64,000 bases of DNA from Rhynchopus sp. YZ270_cl-10. Taxonomy: Eukaryota. The notes under the pieces were generated by a model that made no database searches, was not told where the DNA came from, and saw only the letters and a list, made by a program, of their open reading frames with translations. The first letter of the stretch is position 1; every line of letters begins with the position of its first letter. The DNA is taken from assembly GCA_964035575.1 (NCBI GenBank), contig OZ037846.1, forward strand, positions 434,001 to 498,000, read 5' to 3'. Positions 22,973 through 33,406 of this stretch are shown one piece after another. The translations under genes were made by a program, and so were the position numbers.

Positions 22973-24706
22973 CTACTTCACGGAACACATCTGAGAGCAA
23001 CACACAACACTGCACGTCCCAGAAGGAACTGCGTGTGCTGGTGTGCCAACCCCTCCCGCAGCTGTCCATGCCTTGGCAACGTCAAGGTCAGACTGCCCAC
23101 CACGCAGGTACCCACGCACGGCAGTGTTGTACTCCTCCCAATGCTTCTTCCCACCTATCATGTACATCCACTCGTCAACTGCTCCTGCTGAAGCACTCAG
23201 CTGAGCCATCACTTCCGCCACAACCTGTGCCTCACAGCCAGAGGCAACCTCCACCTTGCACGGAAGCAGACGCAGCTGGTGTTCGCACTCAGCATCGCTG
23301 AAGCACATCCTGTTGCACACCACATCACACCCCAGCATACGCCCCACACGTTCCAGCCCGTTCACATCACGCACAAGCTCCCCCACCATGCTGAACCGAC
23401 GCATCACCTCACAACCCATGTCACCACGCAGCACCTTCCCAGTCGCAACACCAGCATTCACCTTCTCACAAAAGCTGTTTGCACCCTTCAGAAGCAGGCT
23501 TGCTGCGTGCAGTGCAGATGTGGCATGTGTCGCACACTGCTTCGAGGCGTTGAACGAACAGTGGATCCTGTCCCCGATGAACACGTCCACCATCCCACGT
23601 CTTGTCTCTGTTGCCTGCAGGGTCTTCAGGAAGAGAGTGGTGAAGAAGGAGGAGTAGGTCGCACTGTCCCTCTCCAGCAAATGCAGGGTGTCCTTCACGT
23701 TCAGTGTCAGCAGGGTTGTCTTCACCGAGGACAGACCCAGTGGCAGGCACACTGGCATGTTTGATACTTTCGAATGTGAGGATTCTGTGGATGTGACTGC
23801 TGTCTCTGTAAACTCACCCACTTCGCTCTCTCCGTGTATCTTCTCCACCTCATCCTGAAAAGGCAGACACGTCTTCGGGAGGTACGCTTTGTACATGCGC
23901 AGGTTCTTCTCCAGTCTCCACAAGGCAGCAGTCATCCCCTCAGGCAGGTCACCCCCATGCACGTCCAGCATCTCCGCCACCTGCTCCACGTCGTACCCCG
24001 CAAGAAGCGACGCAATCTCCTGCACAACGCTGATCGTGCGCCTCATTGACTCCTGCTCCTTCAGCAAATTGTGCGCAAACCTGCGTGTCACGAAGAAGTC
24101 CACCATGAAGACGAAAAGAGTGGTAACGAGAACAAATGGGGGAAATGGTGTCTTGCAGGGCAAGAACTCGCAATCTGTCTTTTCTTGAATCAGCGCTCTC
24201 CTGCTGTGTTCACCTTCGTACGGCAACAACCCAGGAAGGTCAAACAAGCCAAACCTGAAGCCTTCTTCACATGCCATGAAACACAGCCACACCACTGTCG
24301 CACCCACGAAACCTGCACTGTACCGTGATGGGACTTCCATCACAAGCAACATGTCCACAATCAGGATCAGAAGTGGCCAGCCAACGGAACCATAAGTGCG
24401 TGCGTCCAAATCCCACATACAGATTGCAATGCCAACGAGGTACATAACGCCCACCACAAACGTGGTGTGCAAATGCTGCTTGCAGAGCACCTTGGTAATG
24501 GCAACAAACCCAGCTGTGAGGACGATGCAAGACGCTATTATGTTAACGATCTGGTATTGCACGTCGGCCTTCCCCTGATACATCAAAGATACAACAAGAT
24601 GCGCCAATACCGAAACCACACAGAACACAAACATGATGGTGCGCTTCTTCACCTCGGCAGCACTGAGAGACCCGTCAATGGTCAGTGCGCTGTTCAGGCA
24701 CCGCAT
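22973..24706 (-). CDS. Multi-TM receptor-type class III nucleotide cyclase-like protein, copy 6 (577 aa)
   Basis: Paralogue, conserved ATG at 24706. Confidence 0.85.
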   Translation of the reverse strand: MRCLNSALTIDGSLSAAEVKKRTIMFVFCVVSVLAHLVVSLMYQGKADVQYQIVNIIASCIVLTAGFVAITKVLCKQHLHTTFVVGVMYLVGIAICMWDLDARTYGSVGWPLLILIVDMLLVMEVPSRYSAGFVGATVVWLCFMACEEGFRFGLFDLPGLLPYEGEHSRRALIQEKTDCEFLPCKTPFPPFVLVTTLFVFMVDFFVTRRFAHNLLKEQESMRRTISVVQEIASLLAGYDVEQVAEMLDVHGGDLPEGMTAALWRLEKNLRMYKAYLPKTCLPFQDEVEKIHGESEVGEFTETAVTSTESSHSKVSNMPVCLPLGLSSVKTTLLTLNVKDTLHLLERDSATYSSFFTTLFLKTLQATETRRGMVDVFIGDRIHCSFNASKQCATHATSALHAASLLLKGANSFCEKVNAGVATGKVLRGDMGCEVMRRFSMVGELVRDVNGLERVGRMLGCDVVCNRMCFSDAECEHQLRLLPCKVEVASGCEAQVVAEVMAQLSASAGAVDEWMYMIGGKKHWEEYNTAVRGYLRGGQSDLDVAKAWTAAGGVGTPAHAVPSGTCSVVCCSQMCSVK

Positions 24707-25014
24707 CGTTGGGCTTTTGCTGCTCACAAACCTTTGCTCTGTGTGGAGCAGGGGTGTGTGAATGTGTGTTGTGTGCACTGGTGGGTGGTGTGGGTTCTGT
24801 GTTAGGAGAACAATAACAGCTTGAGCAAAATAATGGTTCTCTCTGTTTTGCTCTGGCGTTATTTTGTTGTTTTGTTTTTGGCCAGAAAACATTTTTGTTT
24901 GACACTAGCATACTGCAACATCAAGAGAGAAGGGGAAATGTGATTACTGAGGAATGGAGCAGCAAAAGGAAGAAGAAACCACAACTGTGGACGGGGTTTG
25001 ATGGAGCAAAATAA

Positions 25015-25660
25015 CAGGCCTTTTGCTAACTTTGGGATTTTCCCCCTGAATGGCATGATGGTCAAAAAAAAATAATTTCCTGGAAAAAAAAGTACATTCC
25101 GAGCTTTCCCGCCTGGTGAAAGCGGTCGTCGCGCGCTTCGCGCGCGCCTCCCTGCCAGCCACAGGGTGGAGAGGCGAAGGGTCAGCTTTGCGAGATATAA
25201 ACAAAAAACGGAATATAATCCTTTATTAACGGTCCTTGGTCTTGCGCCTTACGTACACTAACCGTACAAAATCAATAGGTCTTCCAGAAGCAGGGGCTGT
25301 TGCAACGGTTGGGTTGCTTTGAAATAAGAATGGTCAATTTTTTGCAGCTTGGGTCAAGTTTCATTTCTGGCTGCAAAATGCAAGGGAATCCCCTTAGACA
25401 TTGTAAAATGGCACCGTAGGCAGGAAGAAAATAGCGTACAGCGAGCGAAGCGAGCAGAAAAATTGTAAGGTGTCATCGTGCCATCCATCGTGCCATCGTG
25501 CCATCATGCCATCATGCCATCTGGGGGGGAAATCCCCAGGTGATGGATAGCGAAAGCCCTGCCCCACCACCCCCCGTGGCATGATGGTGGCATGATGGAA
25601 AAAAAAATAAAAAACGCCCAAAAACGTGGCACGATGGCATGATGGTTAGCAAAAGGCCTG
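25015..25660. mobile_element. MITE, 16-bp perfect TIR CAGGCCTTTTGCTAAC, 9-bp TSD GCAAAATAA
   Basis: TIRs at 25015-25030 and 25645-25660; TSD at 25006-25014 and 25661-25669; internal TGCCATC/GATGGCA subterminal repeats. Confidence 0.9.
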
Positions 25661-25669
25661 GCAAAATAA

Positions 25670-25702
<33 letters not shown>

Positions 25703-25839
25703 ACATAGGGGGAGAAAGTGTTGTCGAAATGCAAAGCTCTCGTTCGTGCCCCAGGTAGGTGCATGCCTGCGCACCGTGGGTGGACCCGATCATGCTCGAC
25801 TTCGAGAAAGAAAAAGGGGTGCACAATACACCCGGGGAG

Positions 25840-25870
<31 letters not shown>

Positions 25871-26022
25871 CAAGGGGGATGCTGGAGAGGGCAAACAACA
25901 AACACTGATATAGTCTTTCAACATATGCTATCAATGAAATTGATAGCACAGGAGGAGGGATCAATAAAAATGTTCCCATCTTTCTTTTACTGATATATAA
26001 AAAGGGGAGGGGGTTGAAAATT

Positions 26023-26133
26023 GGTGCTACGCGGGGGTGGGGTTTGCTCAACGTTTCACAGCGTTTCACAGCTTTTGCTTTTCAACTTTTGTGTGTGTGA
26101 AAAGTTGTGAAAACCCCGCCCCCATATAGCACC
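26023..26133. mobile_element. Small imperfect-TIR element
   Basis: GGTGCTACGCGGGGGTGGGGTTT versus AAACCCCGCCCCCATATAGCACC; internal TTTCACA/TGTGAAA repeats. Confidence 0.5.
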
Positions 26134-27162
26134 CAAACATAAAGTAGAAATGTGAATCTGTTATCAATCAGGCACTAAAAACAAATAAGGGGGAATACGT
26201 GCTCTTATTGAAGAGCACAGAATAAAAAGCAAAAACCTGATACCAAAACACACGTACATTTCGTAGGTGTAGACAGGAATCTTCCTGCAACTTGGTGACA
26301 TATTTTTTCACATGTACCCATAACATTAAGCCGGAAAGGATGGATAATGCCAGGTCTGCGAAGTTATAATTATTTTTGAAAACTTGGTTGTATTAGTGTA
26401 GCCACCCTAGAGTGTGCTCCACGATACTAAACCACTTTTACGTCACCGCAGACGAGTGCGATGATGTCTCTTTTTTTTTTAGTCAGTGTCTTTCTCCTAA
26501 GCTGGCACGATACCCTGCCCCACTTTTTTTTGGAATGGAGAAGAAGCTAAAATATTTGAAAAATTTCTGTGGCGAAAACAGTCCAGAATTTTCGTTGATT
26601 GCACAAAAAATCCTCCTGTTTGAGGGATGGTTTGGCGACCATACCCGGTAATACTATTTTCTCCTTTAAAGCAAGCTTCGTAGGAATAAGAAAAAAAAAA
26701 ACATAGAAAACTTGCAATATGGATGAGCCTCTCGTGCACGCACATCGAAATAAACAAGAAAAAGGTACTGGGTAGGCTACAGTAAAAAAATAAAGAAAAC
26801 GTTTATAAGATAACCCGAAGCCTCCCGTGCTTAGGCACACCTTAATATAATAAAATAAGTTGGGTTGCCTAAGGCAGGAGATTCGCATGTCTTGCGTACT
26901 TCGTGCACCCTCCACCATTCCGCCACACCAAAAGCGCAGAAGATGAAATTTCACAATCATGCACAAAATCTGAAGAAAATAAAATCCCAAATGCTCTTCA
27001 GGCCTCCCCCACACTTCTCAATGCCACCCATTCACAAACTTTATAGGCTTTACTTTACTCGACCCCCTCTCCTCTCGTCTCCCCTCCCTATTTAAAGAAA
27101 AGTTTATAAGATGATCCCTAAGCCTCTCGTGCTTAGTCACCTTTAAATGATCAGCTGATAAA

Positions 27163-30081
27163 TCAGCTGAGAATTAGACTTCCACCTGCGCCGCCCATTT
27201 CTTCGTCGTTGAGAGGCTCCTCAAATTCGTCCATGCCGAGGAGGAGGTGGGTGGGGATTTCGTGGTCTGCAGGGATGAGTGCGCCTGGGTGAGACTTTCC
27301 ACCTCTGCGTGCCTCGCAGTGGCGACGCATTGCGAGCAGACAGCCTACAAGCAGCAACGTCGTGCCAACAGCAATGCCAGCAACAAGCGCTGTGTGGGCA
27401 CCACCACCACCACCACCATCACTGTCGGACGGCACCCCTCCCGGAACCGCACCACCCGGGGCATCTGTCGTCCTGTTGGTGTTGGGGGTATTGCTAGGTT
27501 CAGGGGTCACTTCCGCCCAAGACAGTGTGAATGTCGCGTTCGCAAGAGGACCATGAGAGGCCAGGAGAATGCGCACCTCACCAAAGCCCACCGCCAACAC
27601 CCCCACCCCCGGGCCCAGCAGTGACACCGCGGTGCCCGTGTCGCTAACCACACCTAATGTGGCGTCGCTGTCGAGGTCCTCCTGCTCGACCACGAAGCGG
27701 ACCAATCCAGGTGCGTAAAGGTACCAGCAGGTCTCAGCATCCCCTGCAACACGCTCAAGCAGGTTTCCACTCACATAGGTGCAGTTCTGTGCCGTGCCAT
27801 CCTCAGGTGTGCCCGTGGATTGTGTAGTTGGTGGGAAAGGCGTCGGTGTGTGTGGCACGGCAGTCTGTCCCGGAATAGTCATTGGCACCATTGTGGGAGG
27901 TGCTTGTGTGCGTGGTACGGCAGTCTGTCCCGGAATAGTCATTGGTACCATTGTGGGGGGTGCTTGTGTGTTGGGGGTGTCAGACACAGGAGGGTAGGTG
28001 TTCGAACTGTTGGCTCCATCAGCCCACTTTACTGTAAACCCCGGTCCAGGCATACTCCCAGCAACAAACTGTATGTACAACGCCATGTCGCCACCATGAG
28101 GGTACGCACGCTCTTGTGCGCCGGACACCTTCCTCAGCACTGTCGAAAAGGAGTGATCCCCGTTCTGCACCGACAGCTCACCTGTACCCTGCGGCGGACG
28201 TACAACAGTAAACAATACAACCTCACCAGACGTGTCGAAGTACCAACACTGTACCGTACCCGCAACGTAGTCTCCGTATGTCAGCTCACCCTCACCATCG
28301 GACCCCGTTGGGATGTGCTTGCAATCTTCCGGAATAGTCATTGGCACCATTGTGGGAGGTGCTTGTGTGCGTGGTACGGCAGTCTGTCCCGGAATAGTCA
28401 TTGGTACCATTGTGGGAGGTGCTTGTGTGCGTGGTACGGCAGTCTGTCCCGGAATAGTCATTGGCACCATTGTGGGAGGTGCTTGTGTGCGTGGTACGGC
28501 AGTCTGTCCCGGAATAGTCATTGGTACCATTGTGGGAGGTGCTTGTGTGCGTGGTACGGCAGTCTGTCCCGGAATAGTCATTGGCACCATTGTGGGAGGT
28601 GCTTGTGTGCGTGGTACGGCAGTCTGTCCCGGAATAGTCATTGGCACCATTGTGGGAGGTGCTTGTGTGCGTGGTACGGCAGTCTGTCCCGGAATAGTCA
28701 TTGGTACCATTGTGGGAGGTGCTTGTGTGCGTGGTACGGCAGTCTGTCCCGGAATAGTCATTGGTACCATTGTGGGAGGTGCTTGTGTGCGTGGTACGGC
28801 AGTCTGTCCCGGAATAGTCATTGGTACCATTGTGGGAGGTGCTTGTGTGCGTGGTACGGCAGTCTGTCCCGGAATAGTCATTGGCACCATTGTGGGAGGT
28901 GCTTGTGTGCGTGGTACGGCAGTCTGTCCCGGAATAGTCATTGGTACCATTGTGGGAGGTGCTTGTGTGCGTGGTACGGCAGTCTGTCCCGGAATAGTCA
29001 TTGGCACCATTGTGGGAGGTGCTTGTGTGCGTGGTACGGCAGTCTGTCCCGGAATAGTCATTGGCACCATTGTGGGAGGTGCTTGTGTGCGTGGTACGGC
29101 AGTCTGTCCCGGAATAGTCATTGGTACCATTGTGGGAGGTGCTTGTGTGCGTGGTACGGCAGTCTGTCCCGGAATAGTCATTGGTACCATTGTGGGAGGT
29201 GCTTGTGTGCGTGGTACGGCAGTCTGTCCCGGAATAGTCATTGGCACCATTGTGGGAGGTGCTTGTGTGCGTGGTACGGCAGTCTGTCCCGGAATAGTCA
29301 TTGGTACCATTGTGGGAGGTGCTTGTGTGCGTGGTACGGCAGTCTGTCCCGGAATAGTCATTGGTACCATTGTGGGGGGTGCTTGTGTGTTGGGGGTGTC
29401 AGACACAGGAGGGTAGGTGTTCGAACTGTTGGCTCCATCAGCCCACTTTACTGTAAACCCCGGTCCAGGCATACTCCCAGCAACAAACTGTATGTACAAC
29501 GCCATGTCGCCACGGGCACCGTGTGGGTACACACGCTCTTGTGCGCCGGACACCTTCCTCAGCACTGTCGAAAAGGAGTGATCCCCGTTCTGCACCGACA
29601 GCTCACCTGTACCCTGCGGCGGACGTGCAACAGTAAACAATACAACCTCACCAGACGTGTCGAAGTACCAACACTGTACCGTACCCGCAACGTAGTCTCC
29701 GTATGACAGCTCACCATTGAACCCCGTTGGGATGTACTTGCAATCTTCGGGGTGGCTCGTGGGCTTCTGTGTCTCTGGTGCCAGTGTCCGTGGTGCCATT
29801 GTCTCTGGCGCGTCTGTCCGTGGTGCCATCGGTGTTCGTGTCATCGGCATCATGGTCTCTGGTGCCATTGTCTCTGGTGTGTCTGTTCGTGGTGCCATCG
29901 GTGTTCGTGTCATCGGCATCATGGTCTCTGGTGCCATTGTCTCTGGCACGTCTGTCCGTGGTGCCATCGGTGTTCGTGTCATCGGCATCATGGTCTCTGG
30001 TGCCATTGTCTCTGGTGTGTCTGTTCGTGATGCAGCGTGAACGCCCAAAACCACACACGGCAACCACAACAACGCGCGCAT
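27163..30081 (-). CDS. Mucin-like type I membrane surface glycoprotein (972 aa) with Pro/Thr repeats and three small Cys-containing beta domains (CUB-like)
   Basis: Signal peptide MRALLWLPCVVLGVHA; 23-aa and 20-aa P/T/M repeats; duplicated C-x-C-WY domain; TM helix ALVAGIAVGTTLLLVGCLLAM followed by RR and an acidic tail. Confidence 0.9.
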   Translation of the reverse strand: MRALLWLPCVVLGVHAASRTDTPETMAPETMMPMTRTPMAPRTDVPETMAPETMMPMTRTPMAPRTDTPETMAPETMMPMTRTPMAPRTDAPETMAPRTLAPETQKPTSHPEDCKYIPTGFNGELSYGDYVAGTVQCWYFDTSGEVVLFTVARPPQGTGELSVQNGDHSFSTVLRKVSGAQERVYPHGARGDMALYIQFVAGSMPGPGFTVKWADGANSSNTYPPVSDTPNTQAPPTMVPMTIPGQTAVPRTQAPPTMVPMTIPGQTAVPRTQAPPTMVPMTIPGQTAVPRTQAPPTMVPMTIPGQTAVPRTQAPPTMVPMTIPGQTAVPRTQAPPTMVPMTIPGQTAVPRTQAPPTMVPMTIPGQTAVPRTQAPPTMVPMTIPGQTAVPRTQAPPTMVPMTIPGQTAVPRTQAPPTMVPMTIPGQTAVPRTQAPPTMVPMTIPGQTAVPRTQAPPTMVPMTIPGQTAVPRTQAPPTMVPMTIPGQTAVPRTQAPPTMVPMTIPGQTAVPRTQAPPTMVPMTIPGQTAVPRTQAPPTMVPMTIPGQTAVPRTQAPPTMVPMTIPGQTAVPRTQAPPTMVPMTIPEDCKHIPTGSDGEGELTYGDYVAGTVQCWYFDTSGEVVLFTVVRPPQGTGELSVQNGDHSFSTVLRKVSGAQERAYPHGGDMALYIQFVAGSMPGPGFTVKWADGANSSNTYPPVSDTPNTQAPPTMVPMTIPGQTAVPRTQAPPTMVPMTIPGQTAVPHTPTPFPPTTQSTGTPEDGTAQNCTYVSGNLLERVAGDAETCWYLYAPGLVRFVVEQEDLDSDATLGVVSDTGTAVSLLGPGVGVLAVGFGEVRILLASHGPLANATFTLSWAEVTPEPSNTPNTNRTTDAPGGAVPGGVPSDSDGGGGGGAHTALVAGIAVGTTLLLVGCLLAMRRHCEARRGGKSHPGALIPADHEIPTHLLLGMDEFEEPLNDEEMGGAGGSLILS
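28329..29390 (-). repeat. Intragenic 60-bp tandem repeat (~18 units, PRTQAPPTMVPMTIPGQTAV)
   Basis: Units nearly identical, differing mainly at one synonymous site (plus-strand GGCACC/GGTACC). Confidence 0.95.
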
Positions 30082-31756
30082 TTTTTTTATGTATCTTGCC
30101 TACTGTGATGCTGCCGGGGGTGTATGTGTGTGTTCGAAAGCGGGGTAGCGTGGGTAGCTCCTCACAGGCGCAGAGGTACACATTTGAAAGCAGTGCTGTC
30201 TCCTGCTGTGCAACATCTACCTCCTTGCGGCCAACGCTAAACCAACGAGCGAACCCGCAAGCAGGATACACCCCAGCACATCCTTGACACACCAAGATGA
30301 TACCAGAACGCCTTTTCACTCTCCTCTGACGCAAAACAACAATAAAAAACCCCCCCCCTCACCTTTTTTTTTTCATGGTTCAAACAGAAGACGCACTGCA
30401 GGCTATGGTGGGTGCGCACAAATGTATGTGTCTGCTTCAGCACGACGGCTTATCATAGGCAAATTGCACTACAAACCGCAAAACAAAAGAAAAGTTTTAT
30501 CAAGACGAAAGCAAGCCTCTCTGTACTTCACGTCACCTCAACCACACCCCTCTCCTGGCAACGACCAACACACATACACACACTTATGAGTGTCGTCTCA
30601 CTAAGAACTACCCATCACATTTGCTTCCAAACACACACACACACACATACCCACCTCTCCTACCGTGCACAAGAGTATCCCCCCCCTTTCCCTTCACCAT
30701 CGGGCTATGGCTAAAGCCTCCCTTTGGAGCTGGGTTGAAAAGGGGGGGAAGGGGGTGGGAGTGGGGAGTGGGGCATAGCTGTGAATAAGCTGGGTCCTGA
30801 GTCCCGAGTCTCAGGTCCCCAAATCTTATTCTCAGCTATGGTGTGGGGGGTGGGATGAAAAAGAGGCACCGTACTGGGACGCAACAGGACCCACGGGACA
30901 CACTTTCCAAAAAGAGAGAAAAAATTTTTTTTTAAAAAGAAGCCTCGTATTGATAAGACCACCTAATAATATAAGAAAAAGATGAAATTGATCGTGCAAA
31001 CGCCTCACGGGGCGTAGTCACTGAAGAAGGGGGGGAAAAGATGAGAAAAAAAGGGGGGTATTGGGCTCCATTCGATGCTGTAGGTAGCGTAATTACTTCC
31101 GTATTCGTAAACAAAAAAAAAAAAAGAAATAAAAAGGCAAGAAGAGGAGTCACACACACACACCCCCAAGAAGTGTTTACAAGATGATCTCGTTGTTTAG
31201 TCACCTTTCAAAGAAATTGTTTCATATACCTTCTTTTCTTGACGAAAAGAAGGCATAGAGGGTGCTAAAAATGTACCCTTGCTTTTTTTATGCCAAAGAA
31301 AAAAATGCATTTCTCGTGCTCCGGGAGGGGGTCGATATTGACATGTCGCTGACAGGTCGTTGACCGATTTTTCGAAAGCACCAATTTCCTAATTATTATT
31401 AGTTTACGAAACACGGTTATCTCACAGCGCAACCCGCAAAAATCGAATGATGAGACATGAACTGGGCCGTTGAGTGGATAAAGGGAGGAAAAAACAAAAG
31501 CTAAATTTAAAAAGTTGATATAAAAGTGCAAAAAAAAGCCTTTTCGGGTCCAGGGGTAAAAACGGTTTAGAGAACAAAAACGTGAACTCAACTTTAAAAA
31601 AAGAAGAAAATATGAAGCGGCTAGAGACCCGCCCATTTAGAGGGCATAATTCGTGTTTGTGACCACCCCCCTGGTAAAGGGGCGAATCCCGAACACCAAT
31701 GTCATTCTACGTTTTTTTTTTTTTTTTTTTTTTTTTTTTGAAAACTTGGTTGTATT

Positions 31757-32373
31757 CAGGGGTTAAGTTAGCTTTTTTTTTTTCTCGCTGAGTCGGGTTT
31801 TCTGGGTTTTTTCGGGTTTTCTGGATTTTGCGAAAAATAACCCATTCCCTCCGCGAGCGCAGCGAGCGGGAAAATTTTTAAGGTGCACCTCCGCGAGCGT
31901 AGCGAGCGAAATTTTTTTTTCGCAATTTTTGGGGCAAAGTTCAAAAATCCCACCAAAAAGTGGGGGACCCTGGGGGGTTTTTGGATTTGTCCTAACAATT
32001 TTGGAGCATAAATTTGAAGAACAGGACTGGTGTACCCCTCACCGACCTCAGTTCCCACGTCCTGCCTCACCCGCACTCTCGCAACACTAGTACTGAACCC
32101 GAAGTTCGCCAGAGATCCCTGTTGCCTCTTCATATGAATAATTCCCAGTTCTGACGGGGGGTTTGTTTGGGTCGGGAGGATTTTTTTCCTTAGAGGGTGG
32201 GGTGGGAGGGGCTCCGCCCACCCCTACCCCACCTTCCCAGCCTACACCACCCAAAAATTTGGATTTTTTTTTTTTTTTTTTCAGATTCCATTTTTTTTTT
32301 TTTTTTTTGAAAAACCCGAAAACCCGAAAACCGGGTTTTGAAAACCCAGAAACCCGCCCTAACTTAACCCCTG
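31757..32373. mobile_element. hAT-like MITE, 15-bp TIR CAGGGGTTAAGTTAG, 8-bp TSD GTTGTATT
   Basis: TSD at 31749-31756 and 32374-32381; splits a family-P motif whose intact form is at 26376-26421. Confidence 0.92.
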
Positions 32374-32786
32374 GTTGTATTAGTGTAGCCACCCTAGAGT
32401 GTGCTCCACTATAATATTCTTTTTTCCTCTTCTTTTCGAAATTTCTTTTTCTTTTTCCAGTAATTTCGATAAAAAAAAGCGCTGTCTTGATATGGTGTGA
32501 GCGAGGCAGAATGTTGTTTGCACCAAAATCAATTTTTTTTTTCCCTTCCTTTTTTGAATCATCATATTTGAAAAGCAGTGGATTTTATCCTCATCCTAAA
32601 AAAAAAGGGCAACACTTTATTTTTTGTGCAGTTATATACTGTGGAACTTCATCAGAGAGATTTATCCCCATCTACCACTTACAAATTGCACCCAGAGAAA
32701 ATAGCTGTTTGACATCCACAATGAAAAAAAAGGAGAGAAAGAGGACGTGGACCAAGACATAAGGGAATCACCTACTAGAGGTGAGA

Positions 32787-32920
32787 GCGAATACGTATTC
32801 ACCCTATATTCGGATCCCAAAATTCCTGGACCATATTGGTCCTATATTCAGATCCGAAAAGACGAACGGAATATGGTCCAAGAATTTTGGGATCCGAATA
32901 TAGGGTGAATACGAATTCGC
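32787..32920. mobile_element. 134-bp foldback element with ~51-bp arms
   Basis: GCGAATACGTATTCACCCTATATTCGGATCCCAAAATTCCTGGACCATATT and its reverse complement with 2 mismatches. Confidence 0.8.
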
Positions 32921-33406
32921 CTTCGGGGGTATGTAGGGAGGAAAAATCCTTCCCCACACACACCATATTTCTGCGCAAGAATTACCCCCCTATTAGTTTT
33001 ATCAAAACACACATTACAGACGCCCCTCATGTCTAATCCTATTCCCATATCTCTCCCATCTTACTCTAAAAAAAAATGAATAAAAATGGATGTCTGAGGC
33101 TGAAGCCATATCTTCCCCACAAATGTTACTCTTCCTTTTCCACACTTTGTTTTTTTTTTCCTGATGATCTGTAAGTTGTATAGCTGCTAAAAAGAGGCAG
33201 TCAAAATGCTCTGTCCAAAGGTTTTTGAAAAACCTGGGAATTTTTTTTTTTTGGCGAACACGTAAAAGCACACCCGAGGATGAACTCATCGCATTTTTTT
33301 TTTAAAAGAAGGATAAGATGAGCCTAAGCCTCACAAACAGCAATATAAACAATCAATTTGACCAATATTTTCAAGAGGATTTTTGTAAAATAACTCAATT
33401 TTTTTT

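Noticed and set aside
2222..24805. Many plus-strand ORFs overlapping the cyclase genes
   Set aside because: Antisense shadows of GC-rich coding sequence; their recurrence is explained by the duplication
27095..27147. SECIS element interpretation of the hairpin motif
   Set aside because: Upper stem too short, no apical AA motif, and no in-frame TGA readthrough evident in adjacent genes
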